From Acidobacteriota bacterium (lineage in GTDB: Bacteria > Acidobacteriota > UBA890 > WLXD01): DNA of 64,000 bases. The position numbers and the translations under genes are program-made. The notes beneath the pieces were generated by a model. The model worked only from the letters and a program-made list of their open reading frames with translations, was not told the DNA's origin and ran no database searches. The stretch lies in contig CBDFKD010000002.1 of NCBI GenBank assembly GCA_965248695.1, forward strand, positions 5,344,001 to 5,408,000, in the 5' to 3' direction. Numbering within the stretch: the stretch's first letter is position 1; the number at the start of each line of letters is the position of its first letter. Shown here piece after piece: positions 9,817-19,789 of this stretch.

Positions 9817-10719
9817 ATGTTCCGCGTCGTGATCCTTGGGAGCGGTGCGTCGCTTCCTACCCTCTATCGGCAGCCCGCAGCGGTAGCTGTGCAGTTCGAG
9901 GGCGACGTCTACTTGTTCGATTGCGGCGAGGGCACTCAGCTGCAGTGGCGTCGCGCCAGCCTGCGCTTCGGACGGCTGCGGGGGATCTTCATCTCGCATC
10001 TGCATGGCGACCATTTGAACGGTCTGGTGGGTCTCCTACAGACGCTCTCCCTGAACGATCGCACAGAACCGTTGCGACTGTTCGGACCGTCAGGCATCGC
10101 CGACTACTGGGGGGCCCTGGGCCGTTTCCAAGGGGTACGCCTGGGTTACCCACTGGAGATCGTCGAGTCCGATGGCGGTGATCTGCTCGACCGCGGCAGC
10201 CACCGGATCGAGGCAGCCAGTCTGGATCACGGGCCGCCGACGCTGGGCTTCGCGCTGATCGAGGCTGACAAGCCCGGGCGCTTCGACGTGGATGCTGCCA
10301 CCGCTTTGGGAGTGGAGGCCGGGCCCTTGTTCGGTCGTCTGCAAAGCGGTCACCAGGTGCAGCTGACCGACGGCCGGCTGGTGATGCCTGACGACGTCCT
10401 GGGTCCGCCGCGTGCAGGTAGACGGGTTGCCTACTGTGTGGACACGAGACCGTGTCGGTCGGCGGTCGACCTGGCCCGCGATGCGACGTTGTTCCTCTGC
10501 GACTCGACCTTCGGCGACGAGCTCGAGGACGAAGCACGCGGGCGCGGGCACTGCACCGCTGCGCAGGCGGCGCAAATGGCCGTCGAGGCCGGTGCGCAGC
10601 GTCTGGTGCTGACCCATGTGTCCGCGCGCTATCACGATGCGCGACCACTGCTGGCGGAGGCGGAGGCCGTATTCGCGCAAACGGCGATTGCCTCCGATCT
10701 CATGGAGATCCACTTGTGA
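9817..10719 (+). CDS. rnz: Ribonuclease Z
   Basis: FDCGEGTQ, SHLHGDH (HxHxDH), flexible-arm GPLFGRLQ, LTHVSARY. Confidence 0.95.
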   Translation: MFRVVILGSGASLPTLYRQPAAVAVQFEGDVYLFDCGEGTQLQWRRASLRFGRLRGIFISHLHGDHLNGLVGLLQTLSLNDRTEPLRLFGPSGIADYWGALGRFQGVRLGYPLEIVESDGGDLLDRGSHRIEAASLDHGPPTLGFALIEADKPGRFDVDAATALGVEAGPLFGRLQSGHQVQLTDGRLVMPDDVLGPPRAGRRVAYCVDTRPCRSAVDLARDATLFLCDSTFGDELEDEARGRGHCTAAQAAQMAVEAGAQRLVLTHVSARYHDARPLLAEAEAVFAQTAIASDLMEIHL

Positions 10720-11234
10720 CCGACGAATCTGAGGGGACGGGGACGGCTCTATCCGGGCACGAGCCACAGACGGGCACCATGGCGGCAACGGCGGTGCACA
10801 TGACCGAGATCGTGATGCCCAACGACACCAACCCGCACGGCACCGTCAGCGGCGGTCGCGTCATGCAGCTGATCGATATCTGTGGCGCGGTCGCCGCCGT
10901 CCGGCACGCACGCCGCCAGGTAGTTACGGCGTCGTTTGACGACGTGGCCTTCGTCGCGCCGGTACCCCTGGGACATATTCTGCTTCTCGACGGGCGGGTG
11001 ACCTGTATCGGCGAGACGTCGATGGAGGTGCGCGTCGTGGTTCGTGGCGAGAACCCGATCACCGCGGCTGTGCGCCATACGACCACCGCCTATCTGACCT
11101 TCGTTGCCCTCGACGAGAACGGCACGCCGACGGAGGTTCCGGAGCTCGTTGCCGAAACCGACGAGGAACGTGCCCTGATGCTCGAGGCGACTCGGCGACG
11201 CCACGCCAGGCTGGCACGATACGATATTCCGTAG
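10716..11234 (+). CDS. Acyl-CoA thioesterase (hotdog fold, YciA-like)
   Basis: VMPNDTNPHGTVSGGRVM, TSMEV, YLTFVALD; GTG start overlaps the rnz stop (an ATG at about 10779 is an alternative). Confidence 0.9.
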   Translation: MTDESEGTGTALSGHEPQTGTMAATAVHMTEIVMPNDTNPHGTVSGGRVMQLIDICGAVAAVRHARRQVVTASFDDVAFVAPVPLGHILLLDGRVTCIGETSMEVRVVVRGENPITAAVRHTTTAYLTFVALDENGTPTEVPELVAETDEERALMLEATRRRHARLARYDIP

Positions 11235-11365
11235 CTGCGCCGACCCGATTCAAAGGCACTCGTGGCCTACCGGAGCCTGCTAGACTGACGCCTACTTTCG
11301 CCGCCCGGCGCCGTATCACGGCGCAACGGCGCGGCCTCCGCAACCACATTTGGAGGAGGACTGCG

Positions 11366-12142
11366 GTGCGCATCGCGGTGTGCATGAAGTCAGTGGTCGA
11401 TTCACAAGCTCGCATCGAGCTCGACGCCGACGGACGGCTCCGCAGCGAGCATCTGCGGTACGAGGTCAACGAGTACGACCTGTACGCAGTGGAGGAAGCT
11501 ATCCGGCTGGCCGAGGCAGCCGACGGTGATGTGACGGTGATCACGGTTGGCGTCGAGGCGGCGGTCCAGGGCCTTCGCAAGGGACTCGCCATGGGCGCTG
11601 CGGCCGCGATCCAGGTAGACCATGACGTGGAGCGCTTGGACGCTCACGGAACCGCGACCCTGCTGGCAGCAGCGCTGGCACCGGGAGGCTTCGACCTCGT
11701 GCTCGCCGGGGTTGAATCGGACGATCTCGGCGTTTCTCAGGTCGGTGTGCTGGTGGCCGAGAACCTCGGCTTCGCGGCCACGACGCTGGTGGTGGGGACT
11801 TCGGCCGGCGCCAGCGGAAAGATGACGGTGACACGCGAGCTCGAGGGCGGCGACCACGCGCAGGTAGAGATCGACCTGCCGGCGGTGCTCACCATCCAGA
11901 CCGGAATCAACGCGCCCCGTTATCCGAGCCTGAAGGGAATCATGGCCGCCAAGCGCAAGGAGCTACGGACGGTGACCGCCGATGATCTCGGGATAACCGC
12001 CGAGGCGTTGGCGCCACGCGTCGAGACTTTGAGCATGTCTCCTCCACCAGCCAGGGAGCACGCCCGTGTCATCGAGGGTGCCGCGGCAGAGGCAGCAACC
12101 GAGCTGGTGCGCATCTTGCGAGTCGAGGAGAAGGTGCTGTGA
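11366..12142 (+). CDS. etfB: Electron transfer flavoprotein beta subunit (EtfB/FixA)
   Basis: NEYDLYAVEEA, LAMGA, RELEGG, PRYPSLKGIMAAK; SD GGAGG upstream. Confidence 0.95.
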   Translation: MRIAVCMKSVVDSQARIELDADGRLRSEHLRYEVNEYDLYAVEEAIRLAEAADGDVTVITVGVEAAVQGLRKGLAMGAAAAIQVDHDVERLDAHGTATLLAAALAPGGFDLVLAGVESDDLGVSQVGVLVAENLGFAATTLVVGTSAGASGKMTVTRELEGGDHAQVEIDLPAVLTIQTGINAPRYPSLKGIMAAKRKELRTVTADDLGITAEALAPRVETLSMSPPPAREHARVIEGAAAEAATELVRILRVEEKVL

Positions 12143-13098
12143 GCCGAAGCGTCTGGATCATCGCCGAACATCAGGAAGGCACGCTCCACCGTGGCGCCGC
12201 GGAGCTGGCAGCGGCTGGTCGCAGCGTGGCTGACGAGGTCGTGGCCGTCGTGTGCGCCGGTCCCGAGGGCGGCGTCGCCGAGCAAATAGCGCCCTTCGTC
12301 GATCGTGTGTTGCTGATCGAGAGCACCGCGCTTGTCGACTATACGGCGGGCGGCTACGCGCAGGCCATCGTGCCTCTGGTGACGACGCACTCACCGGCTG
12401 CGATTCTGCTGCCGCACGCACCGCTCGGGCGCGACCTCGGGCCGATACTGGCCGCCCGCTTGTCGACCGGGATGATCAGCGATTGTCTCGCTTTGGAGTG
12501 GGATGAAGGCCTGGTGGGAACCCGATCCGTATACCGCCGGAAGCTGGTAGCACGGGAACGGGTCACAACGGCCGGCACGGCCATCGCCACGGTGCAGCGC
12601 GGAGCATTCATGCCCGCACCGGCCGGCGACGCGGCGGCCGTGGAGCGCATCGAAGCAACCGTCGACTCCTCGGCAGTGCGTACCCGCTTGGTGTCGCTTG
12701 AACACGCACCACCCAGCGAGGAGGACATTGCCGACGCCAAGATCGTTGTAGCCGGTGGCCGCGGCCTCGGAGATGCGGAGAAGTTCGGTTTGGTCCAGGA
12801 GCTGGCGAACGCCATCGGCGGGGTAATGGCCGCTTCCCGCCCGGTGGTGGATCAGGGCTGGGTCCCCCACGATCGGCAAGTGGGGTCGTCCGGTAGAACC
12901 GTGCGGCCACAGCTGTACATCGCTGTGGGGATCTCCGGCGCCATTCAACACATCGTCGGTATGCGCGAGAGCGATGTAATCGTGGCAATCAACAAGGACG
13001 CCCAGGCGCCGATCTTCGAGTACGCCAACTACGGTATCGTCGATGATCTCTTCAAGGTGGTACCGGCTTTGATCGATGCGCTGCAGACTGGCGAGTAG
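12139..13098 (+). CDS. etfA: Electron transfer flavoprotein alpha subunit (EtfA/FixB)
   Basis: [38 protein letters not shown]. Confidence 0.96.
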   Translation: MSRSVWIIAEHQEGTLHRGAAELAAAGRSVADEVVAVVCAGPEGGVAEQIAPFVDRVLLIESTALVDYTAGGYAQAIVPLVTTHSPAAILLPHAPLGRDLGPILAARLSTGMISDCLALEWDEGLVGTRSVYRRKLVARERVTTAGTAIATVQRGAFMPAPAGDAAAVERIEATVDSSAVRTRLVSLEHAPPSEEDIADAKIVVAGGRGLGDAEKFGLVQELANAIGGVMAASRPVVDQGWVPHDRQVGSSGRTVRPQLYIAVGISGAIQHIVGMRESDVIVAINKDAQAPIFEYANYGIVDDLFKVVPALIDALQTGE

Positions 13099-13105
13099 CC
13101 GGTAG

Positions 13106-14728
13106 TCAACTCTGGCTGTCGCTGCGCCGTTGGCCGCAATGCTGCTCGAGATCTTCGACCGTGCTGACGTCATCAGCTGTCAGATCGACGCGATGCCTGA
13201 CGATGCGCGGGAAACGCAGAGCAAAGCCGCTCGGGTGCCGTCGACTCGGGCGGATCTCATCGAACGCAATCTGGAGCACCACCTCCGGGGCAACACGCCG
13301 CACCGGGCCATCGCTCGATAGCGTCTGCCCGTGGAAGCGGCGCGTCAGCTCGCGGATCGCATCGTCGGTCAGGCCGCTGTAGGCCCGCCCCGAATCGACC
13401 AGCCCGTCCGGGCTGCGAACCGCGAAGATGAGATCCGATAGCATCCCGGCGCGCTTGCCGCGACCCCACTCGGCGCCCGTTACAACCACATCGATCGTGC
13501 CGAGCGGTCGCTTGAGCTTGGCCCATGAGCGACCGCGCGTGCCCGGCACGTAGAGGCTCTCGGGATCCTTGAAGACAGCCCCCTCGTTGTTGCGTTTCAC
13601 CGCAGCGGCAAACCACCGATCGATCTCGATCTCCGTGCGCAGCAGCTCCCACGGCGCGCGCCTTACACGCCCGTCGAGCGGCAGCGTGGCGAGCGCTTCC
13701 TTGCGGCGCATCAACGGGGCATCGATGAGGTCCTCGCTGGCGGCACGGAGAACGTCGAACGCGAGGAATACCACCGGGGCGTCGAGCAACAGCGTCAGCG
13801 GCACCTGCTTGCGGCCGAGCCGACGCTGCAGCGTAGCGAACGACAGACAGCGATCGTCGAGCCATGCAACGACCTCGCCGTCGAGGATCCACTCGCCGGT
13901 GAGACCGACGGTCCCGTCGCGCAGCTCTGGAAAGAAGTGCGTGAAATCCTCCAGAGCACGCGAGTACAGGCGCTGGTCTCCGCCAGAGACATGTAGCTGA
14001 GCGCGGATGCCGTCGAACTTGTCCTCGGCGACCACCGGTGGATGGAGGATCTCGAGCACCGCAGCAGCGCTGTCACACGGGTGCGCCAACATCACCCGTA
14101 CCGGACGCTGTGCCTGCAAGGAGACGCCTTCCAGCGTTTCGGCCGCGGCATGCTCGGCGGCAGCACCGATATCCCCCAGCAGCATGTGCGCCCGTCGTAC
14201 CAGCGACGTGGGCTGGTTGAACGCCAGGGCGATGGCCTCCTCCACACGTGCCGCTTGCACGCCGGTGCGCAGCGACCCGAGGAGTAACTTGACGAGGTAC
14301 TTGGCCTCCAGCGGAGTCACGCGCGCCAGCAAGGCCCGCAGGAGCTGCATGCGCCGCGTAGCGCCGACTTCGCCGAGCTGACGTAGCGACTCGGCGACCT
14401 CCGGTAGCGTCAGCCGTGGCCCCGGCGTGTGCGGATGTTCCTCGAGGAGCAAGGAGACGGCGATGCCGAGATCGCCCAGCGCGGTTGCTCGTTGCAGCAA
14501 CGCCAGTCGATCTTCGCCGGTGAACGCCGCGACCAGGTCGATGAGCGTCGAGCGCCCCACGCGCGTCGCGGGAGTGCGCGGGGGCAGGGGAGCGCCAGCC
14601 AGGAACCGTGCCGCTGTTGCAGCCCGCGGTCCGTCCTGGCTCGCCAAGTAAGCAGCCGCAGACCGCACCTTGGCATCGGTCGAGGCGTGGCCGGAGATCG
14701 TCTCCAGCGTCAGAGCCAGAGCACGCAT
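13106..14728 (-). CDS. ATP-dependent DNA ligase (LigB-like)
   Basis: Motif I EDKFDGIR, LDGEV, FDVL, EGAVFK, WAKLK, C-terminal ALRFPR. Confidence 0.93.
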   Translation of the reverse strand: MRALALTLETISGHASTDAKVRSAAAYLASQDGPRAATAARFLAGAPLPPRTPATRVGRSTLIDLVAAFTGEDRLALLQRATALGDLGIAVSLLLEEHPHTPGPRLTLPEVAESLRQLGEVGATRRMQLLRALLARVTPLEAKYLVKLLLGSLRTGVQAARVEEAIALAFNQPTSLVRRAHMLLGDIGAAAEHAAAETLEGVSLQAQRPVRVMLAHPCDSAAAVLEILHPPVVAEDKFDGIRAQLHVSGGDQRLYSRALEDFTHFFPELRDGTVGLTGEWILDGEVVAWLDDRCLSFATLQRRLGRKQVPLTLLLDAPVVFLAFDVLRAASEDLIDAPLMRRKEALATLPLDGRVRRAPWELLRTEIEIDRWFAAAVKRNNEGAVFKDPESLYVPGTRGRSWAKLKRPLGTIDVVVTGAEWGRGKRAGMLSDLIFAVRSPDGLVDSGRAYSGLTDDAIRELTRRFHGQTLSSDGPVRRVAPEVVLQIAFDEIRPSRRHPSGFALRFPRIVRHRVDLTADDVSTVEDLEQHCGQRRSDSQS

Positions 14729-14779
14729 GGGCGCGCACTCTATCCAACCGCGGAGAACGTCGCAACGGAGAGTGTGGGG

Positions 14780-16222
14780 CTATGGGCCCCCAGCTACGAC
14801 GGCGGTGCGCGACGCCTGCCCGGCACGCAGCTTGTCAAGCCAGCGATCACGCTGCTCGGCGAACCCGTCCCAATGCGTTGCCGCTACAGGATCGGCGGGC
14901 GGCAACTGCAGTCTTACCGGGTCAACGTAGCGATCACCCTGCTCGAGCCCGTAGTGCAGATGGTAGCCGGTGGCGTTGCCGCTCCTGCCGACATAGCCGA
15001 TCGTCTGCCCCTGGCGCACCTCGACACCCTTCTTGATGCCCTCGTGGATGCGCGACATGTGCATGTAGATCGAGCTGTACGAGCCACCATGCCGGATCTT
15101 CACGTAGCGGCCGGGCTCCCGTCCGTAGCCGGCCTCCATGATCACTCCATCAGCCGTGGCCAGAATCTCGGCGCCCGGATCGGCGGCGTAGTCCACACCA
15201 CGATGAGCGCGCGCCACGCCGGTCACCGGATGCACTCGCCGCGAGCTGAAGCGCGAGCTGATGCGCGTGAATCGTACCGGCGAACGGAGGAACGCTCGGC
15301 GCAGGGAAGCGCCTTCCGGGGTGAAGTACTGGCTCACGCCCTCGGCGTCCAGATAGCGCACTACCGGCAGGGTACGCCCGCCGACCTTGAACTCGGCCGC
15401 GAGCACCTGTCCGTAACCCAGGAATTGCCCCTCGACGAAGCGCTCCTCGACCATGAGGTCAAGTCGGTCGCCGACCCGCAGGTCGTAGTTGAAATCGACG
15501 TCCCAGGCATACAGGTCGCCGATCTTGAGCAACAAGTCGTTGATCGAGCGCCCGGGTGGCGCGTTGTGGGCCAGCGCCGAGTGCAGGCTGTTGGCGATTT
15601 CCGCGGTGACGAATGCGGGGCGAACCCGCACCGGGATGACCACCTTGCTGGTGGTCCACACCTGCTCCTCACGGGCCACGAACCAGGCGGTCTGACGATC
15701 GACCTGGTAGCGCATGGCTGCCAGCCCGCCGTCCGCGGCAAAATACAGGTAGTACTCCTGACCCGGCCGGATACGGCGCAGGTTGATCGAATCGGCCGCC
15801 GCACGGACAACCTCCGCCGACGTGTTGCCGTCGACGCCGGCGCGCCGCAGCTCACCATCCAGCGTGTTGCCGCTGACGAACCGCTCGTGTACGACTCGTT
15901 GCGCCGTCAAGGCAATCGACTGCGGCCAGGGGCGCGGGACCTCGGGAGCCTGGAAGGTGGCGCTGACCACCTCGGCGTACGGAGACGAGATCGGCTTGCC
16001 GGGCAGCAGCAACAGCACCGTCCAGCCCAGCAGCACTGCCGCCAAGGTCGCCCCCGGCCACCGCAGTGGCAAGCTGTTGGCGGTCTCGTACGTCAGACGC
16101 AGGCGCACGTTGCGGAAAGGTTCGATCGTCAGGCGCAGTTTCAGGCTCTGGCGCTGAGGTGAAGTCAAAATGAACGCACCCGAATCAGGCGGTGAGCGTT
16201 GCGGTAGAAATCGCGGCGTCAA
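14780..16222 (-). CDS. M23 family peptidoglycan DD-endopeptidase (MepM/OapA-like); start uncertain
   Basis: HRGVDY, YMHMS, ATGYHLHY metal-binding motifs; N-terminal TM segment. Confidence 0.9.
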   Translation of the reverse strand: MTPRFLPQRSPPDSGAFILTSPQRQSLKLRLTIEPFRNVRLRLTYETANSLPLRWPGATLAAVLLGWTVLLLLPGKPISSPYAEVVSATFQAPEVPRPWPQSIALTAQRVVHERFVSGNTLDGELRRAGVDGNTSAEVVRAAADSINLRRIRPGQEYYLYFAADGGLAAMRYQVDRQTAWFVAREEQVWTTSKVVIPVRVRPAFVTAEIANSLHSALAHNAPPGRSINDLLLKIGDLYAWDVDFNYDLRVGDRLDLMVEERFVEGQFLGYGQVLAAEFKVGGRTLPVVRYLDAEGVSQYFTPEGASLRRAFLRSPVRFTRISSRFSSRRVHPVTGVARAHRGVDYAADPGAEILATADGVIMEAGYGREPGRYVKIRHGGSYSSIYMHMSRIHEGIKKGVEVRQGQTIGYVGRSGNATGYHLHYGLEQGDRYVDPVRLQLPPADPVAATHWDGFAEQRDRWLDKLRAGQASRTAVVAGGP

Positions 16223-16398
16223 TTATACGGTGACAACACGGACACGCAACTCTGAGCGCCGGCACGACGGCCGAAGGCATCGCCTGACATGCAGACGATG
16301 GAACGATTGCCCTGGTGGGTATTGCGTGTCCGCCGCTGCAGTTGCTTCAATGGGAGTGTAGACGAGGAGCACGTTCCTGGGAGCGAGAGGTTCGAGAC

Positions 16399-17610
16399 GT
16401 GTCACTATGGGCAATTGCGCTGGGGGTTGCCGCGCTCATGGGTGTCGGCGCGACTCCAGACGTCGCGCTGGCGATGACCCCGGAGATACAGGACGGCGGT
16501 ACCCGTTTCGAGGACCTGTTGCCGGTCGACGACTTCTCGCCAGCAATCCTCGGCATCTACCGGAAGATGATGGAGATCGAGGAGGTGATCCGCGGCCATT
16601 CCGAGCGCTACGGAGTGGACTTCGAGCTCGCACGTGCGACCTGCATGTACGAATCCGGCGGCAACGCGAACCTGACGTCCTGGGCCGGCGCCAAGGGTTA
16701 CTTCCAGGTCATGCCGGCGACCTTCCGCTCGCTGCGAGTTGAAACCAACATCGAAGCGGGGATCAAGTACATCGGCCAGCTAGTGGACCGGTTCGACCGC
16801 GAGGACTACGCCCTGGCTGCATACAACGGTGGACCGACCACGGTCGGGCGCAATCGGCCGATGCGGCTGGAATCCCTCCAGTACGTGCTCGGTGTGGGCT
16901 ACTACCGCACGATGTTGAAGCTGCACGAGCGCTCGATCCGGCATCACGCCTCAGCGCTCCGACTCACAACGGTCGGGGAGGGGGAGGACTGGTGGAAGCT
17001 CTCCGAACGGCTCGGCCTCACCCTCCTGCAGCTGCGGCTACACAATCCCTACCTGGCGCGGCGAAGTCTTCGCGAGGGCCAGTTGATCGCCTACCCGGTC
17101 GCGCCCCGCAACGACCTCTACCGCGTTGCAGGCACCTTCCTGGAGTATCGCTCGCGGCTGGGCGACAACTACTTCAACATCGCGTTCACGCTCGACGTCG
17201 ACCTCGACGAGCTGCGCGGTGAGAACTCTCTTTGGCATCTGCAGACGCTTTCGGCCGGAATGCTGCTCAAAATCCCTCTCAGCTGGGAGGGCGATCACGT
17301 CGTTCACCAGGTCAAACCCGGCGACACGATCTTCAAGATCGCCGAGGCGACGAAATCGAACCCCTGGCGCTTGATACGCGACAACGGACTGTGGAACCAG
17401 ACCGTGGCCGCGGGCAAGCTGCTGCGGGTGCGCACCGTGCCGGCGCGGCCCACCCACGTGGTCCACCGCGTGACCCGCGGTGAGAACCTGACGACGATAT
17501 CGCGCCGCTACGGCGCCTCGATCTCGGCGATCCAGACGGCCAACAACATGGGGCGGCGTACCGTCATCCGCATCGGCCAGCAGCTGCGAATCCCTCAGAA
17601 CGCCAAGTAG
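16399..17610 (+). CDS. Lytic transglycosylase (SLT domain) with LysM repeats; start uncertain
   Basis: YESGGN, GAKGYFQVMP, ALAAYNGG; C-terminal LysM (HRVTRGENLTTISRRYG); signal-like N-terminus from GTG 16399. Confidence 0.85.
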   Translation: MSLWAIALGVAALMGVGATPDVALAMTPEIQDGGTRFEDLLPVDDFSPAILGIYRKMMEIEEVIRGHSERYGVDFELARATCMYESGGNANLTSWAGAKGYFQVMPATFRSLRVETNIEAGIKYIGQLVDRFDREDYALAAYNGGPTTVGRNRPMRLESLQYVLGVGYYRTMLKLHERSIRHHASALRLTTVGEGEDWWKLSERLGLTLLQLRLHNPYLARRSLREGQLIAYPVAPRNDLYRVAGTFLEYRSRLGDNYFNIAFTLDVDLDELRGENSLWHLQTLSAGMLLKIPLSWEGDHVVHQVKPGDTIFKIAEATKSNPWRLIRDNGLWNQTVAAGKLLRVRTVPARPTHVVHRVTRGENLTTISRRYGASISAIQTANNMGRRTVIRIGQQLRIPQNAK

Positions 17611-17672
17611 GGGCCGGCCGGCAAAAGACTCTGGCTGGCGTTCGTCTGGACGAATTCGGATCATGCGTTTCG

Positions 17673-19181
17673 TTGATAAGGACTCTTATGGAAACTAGGA
17701 GATCCGCATCTGTCACGGGACGTTATCGTCCGGTGCGAACGTGTTCCCTCACGCTCCTGGGCGTCCTCTTGATGGCCGTCACGGAGCCTGTGGTGGCGCA
17801 AGACGGCCCGCCGACCTTCTTCGGCGGCATCCAGGTCAACGAGCCAGACCACGACCGCTGGGCCGCAGCCCTGGTCGACGCCGGCTTCGATTCCGTCCAA
17901 GTCACCCTCTACGCTCGCCAACAGCGCTGGGATCAAGCGGAGCTGTACTGGAATCACGAAGCGCCGTGGCTGATTTCCGAGATTCGCGCCGCCAAGCGCG
18001 CCGGGCTACGCGTGATCCTGGTGATGCGAGTCGCCCTAGAACACGCCCTCGAGGCCAATCGGCATCTATGGCACGGCATGATCTGGCCGCGGCCGGATCA
18101 ACTGCAGCCCTGGTTCGACCGCTACGGGGACTTCGTGCTCTGGGGAGCAGAGATCGCCGCACGGGAGAACGTCGAGTCGTTTGTCATCGGCAACGAGCTC
18201 AGCTCGCTGTCCTCGACGACGAGGCTCGACGCCCTCCCCCACCTGTACGCCTACTATCTCGACCCCGCGGCCGTTCAGGCGGTGCGCGAAGACCTCGTCC
18301 GTTGTGCTGCCAGCGCCGAGCAAACCCCCGGCGCGGACGCCCTCTCCTATCTCGATGGCGGGCGCTCGACGGACCTGGAGACGATGTTGCGCGACGAGGA
18401 GCGCGTGCGACGCGCCTGGACGCAGCAGGCGCTCGGCGGTGACGCAACACGGCTACGCCACCTCAACGGTCGTCGGGCGCGCTATGAGACCTTCTGGCGC
18501 ACGCTCGTGCGCCGTGTACGCGAGCGCTACACCGGCCTGCTGAGCTACGGAGCCAACTTCGACCAGTTCGAGGAGGTCGGCTTTTGGGACGCGCTGGATT
18601 TCGTTGCCGTCAACGCCTACTTCCCGCTGAGCATCTACGGACTCGAACCCGGGGCGCTGGAAGAGCGCATGGCAGACTCCTGGCGGCGCATCGCCAGCGC
18701 CCTGCAGCGGGCTAGCGGCGGCCACCCGGTCATGCTGCTGGAGTTGGGCTGGACCCGACGGCTGGGGAGCACCGTACGGCCACACTCCTACGATCGCGTC
18801 GAGGTGCTCGAAACCGCGGGAGCGGGCGGGCGGCGGACATGCGTACACTGGGAGTCACAGCCGCAAGATCCGCGCGAGCGGGTGGCGGCATTGCAAGCCC
18901 TGGCCGACGTGGTGCGCGATGGCGACTTCGCGGCGCTTGTGGGCTTCACGCTGTGGAAGCTGACCACACGCGCAGAGCATCGGGCCATCGAGCCTTTCGC
19001 CGCCGTCCTCCAACCCGGCTCCGGCTACCCGTACGAAACCTGGCGAACCCTCGGCGCCGCGCAGCATGACGAGCTCGACAGGGCTTACGTCGGCCTCGCC
19101 GGTGCCATCGCACGCGAGGTGCAGGAGCGGTCGGCGCGCTGGCATAATGACGGCGTCCATTCGCGCAATCGTCAGGAGTAG
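17673..19181 (+). CDS. Secreted TIM-barrel glycoside hydrolase (GH113/GTA-TIM-like)
   Basis: IGNEL, YGANFD, FWDALDFVAVNAYFPL, PVMLLELG match GH113-type motifs; signal peptide. Confidence 0.7.
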   Translation: MIRTLMETRRSASVTGRYRPVRTCSLTLLGVLLMAVTEPVVAQDGPPTFFGGIQVNEPDHDRWAAALVDAGFDSVQVTLYARQQRWDQAELYWNHEAPWLISEIRAAKRAGLRVILVMRVALEHALEANRHLWHGMIWPRPDQLQPWFDRYGDFVLWGAEIAARENVESFVIGNELSSLSSTTRLDALPHLYAYYLDPAAVQAVREDLVRCAASAEQTPGADALSYLDGGRSTDLETMLRDEERVRRAWTQQALGGDATRLRHLNGRRARYETFWRTLVRRVRERYTGLLSYGANFDQFEEVGFWDALDFVAVNAYFPLSIYGLEPGALEERMADSWRRIASALQRASGGHPVMLLELGWTRRLGSTVRPHSYDRVEVLETAGAGGRRTCVHWESQPQDPRERVAALQALADVVRDGDFAALVGFTLWKLTTRAEHRAIEPFAAVLQPGSGYPYETWRTLGAAQHDELDRAYVGLAGAIAREVQERSARWHNDGVHSRNRQE

Positions 19182-19186
19182 AGCCC

Positions 19187-19603
19187 TTGCACAGAGTTCG
19201 AGGACCATGGTCAACCGTCGGTGGGTTCCTCCTGCTGGCCGTTTCCACACAGCTGCTCGGTTCGGCGAGCGCGCCGGCGGCGCTCCCGCTGGCGGCCCAT
19301 CCTGAGGTGGTGGAAGTGATCGCGCAGGATCTCGAGCTCGGCAGAGAGCTCTACAGCGATCAGTGCGGCCCCTGCCACGGCGATGACGGCAAGGGCGGTG
19401 GTCCGGCGGCGCGCTTTCTCGCCACGCCGCCACGAGATCTCACGGATGGCAGCTGGACGCTGGAAGGCATGATCGCGGCGATCACGGATGGCGTTCCGGA
19501 TACCGACATGGAGGCCTTCGAAGAGCTGCTCACCGAGGACGAGATATCGGCGGTAGCCGCCTACGTGCTCGAGAACTTCGCCGCCGAGGAAGACTCTCGC
19601 TAG
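19187..19603 (+). CDS. Monoheme c-type cytochrome
   Basis: CGPCH heme motif, PPRDLTDG, distal Met (TDMEAF), signal peptide. Confidence 0.88.
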   Translation: MHRVRGPWSTVGGFLLLAVSTQLLGSASAPAALPLAAHPEVVEVIAQDLELGRELYSDQCGPCHGDDGKGGGPAARFLATPPRDLTDGSWTLEGMIAAITDGVPDTDMEAFEELLTEDEISAVAAYVLENFAAEEDSR

Positions 19604-19789
19604 GACGCCCTTCAGCACCGCCATACGATCCGGTCTTGACAGTCGCGCATTGTGGCGAACACAATGGCCTCGATTGGCCAGGCGCCCAGGTTTCACAACA
19701 CTGTCGGCGCCGGCCCTCCCGAGTAACACCTCGCCCGGATCGTGTGTGTCCGAGCGCCATCGGGTCGCTTAGATTTCCGCGCGTCATGA

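Noticed and set aside
14429-16162. 577-aa plus-strand ORF
   Set aside because: Antisense shadow of the M23 peptidase and ligase genes
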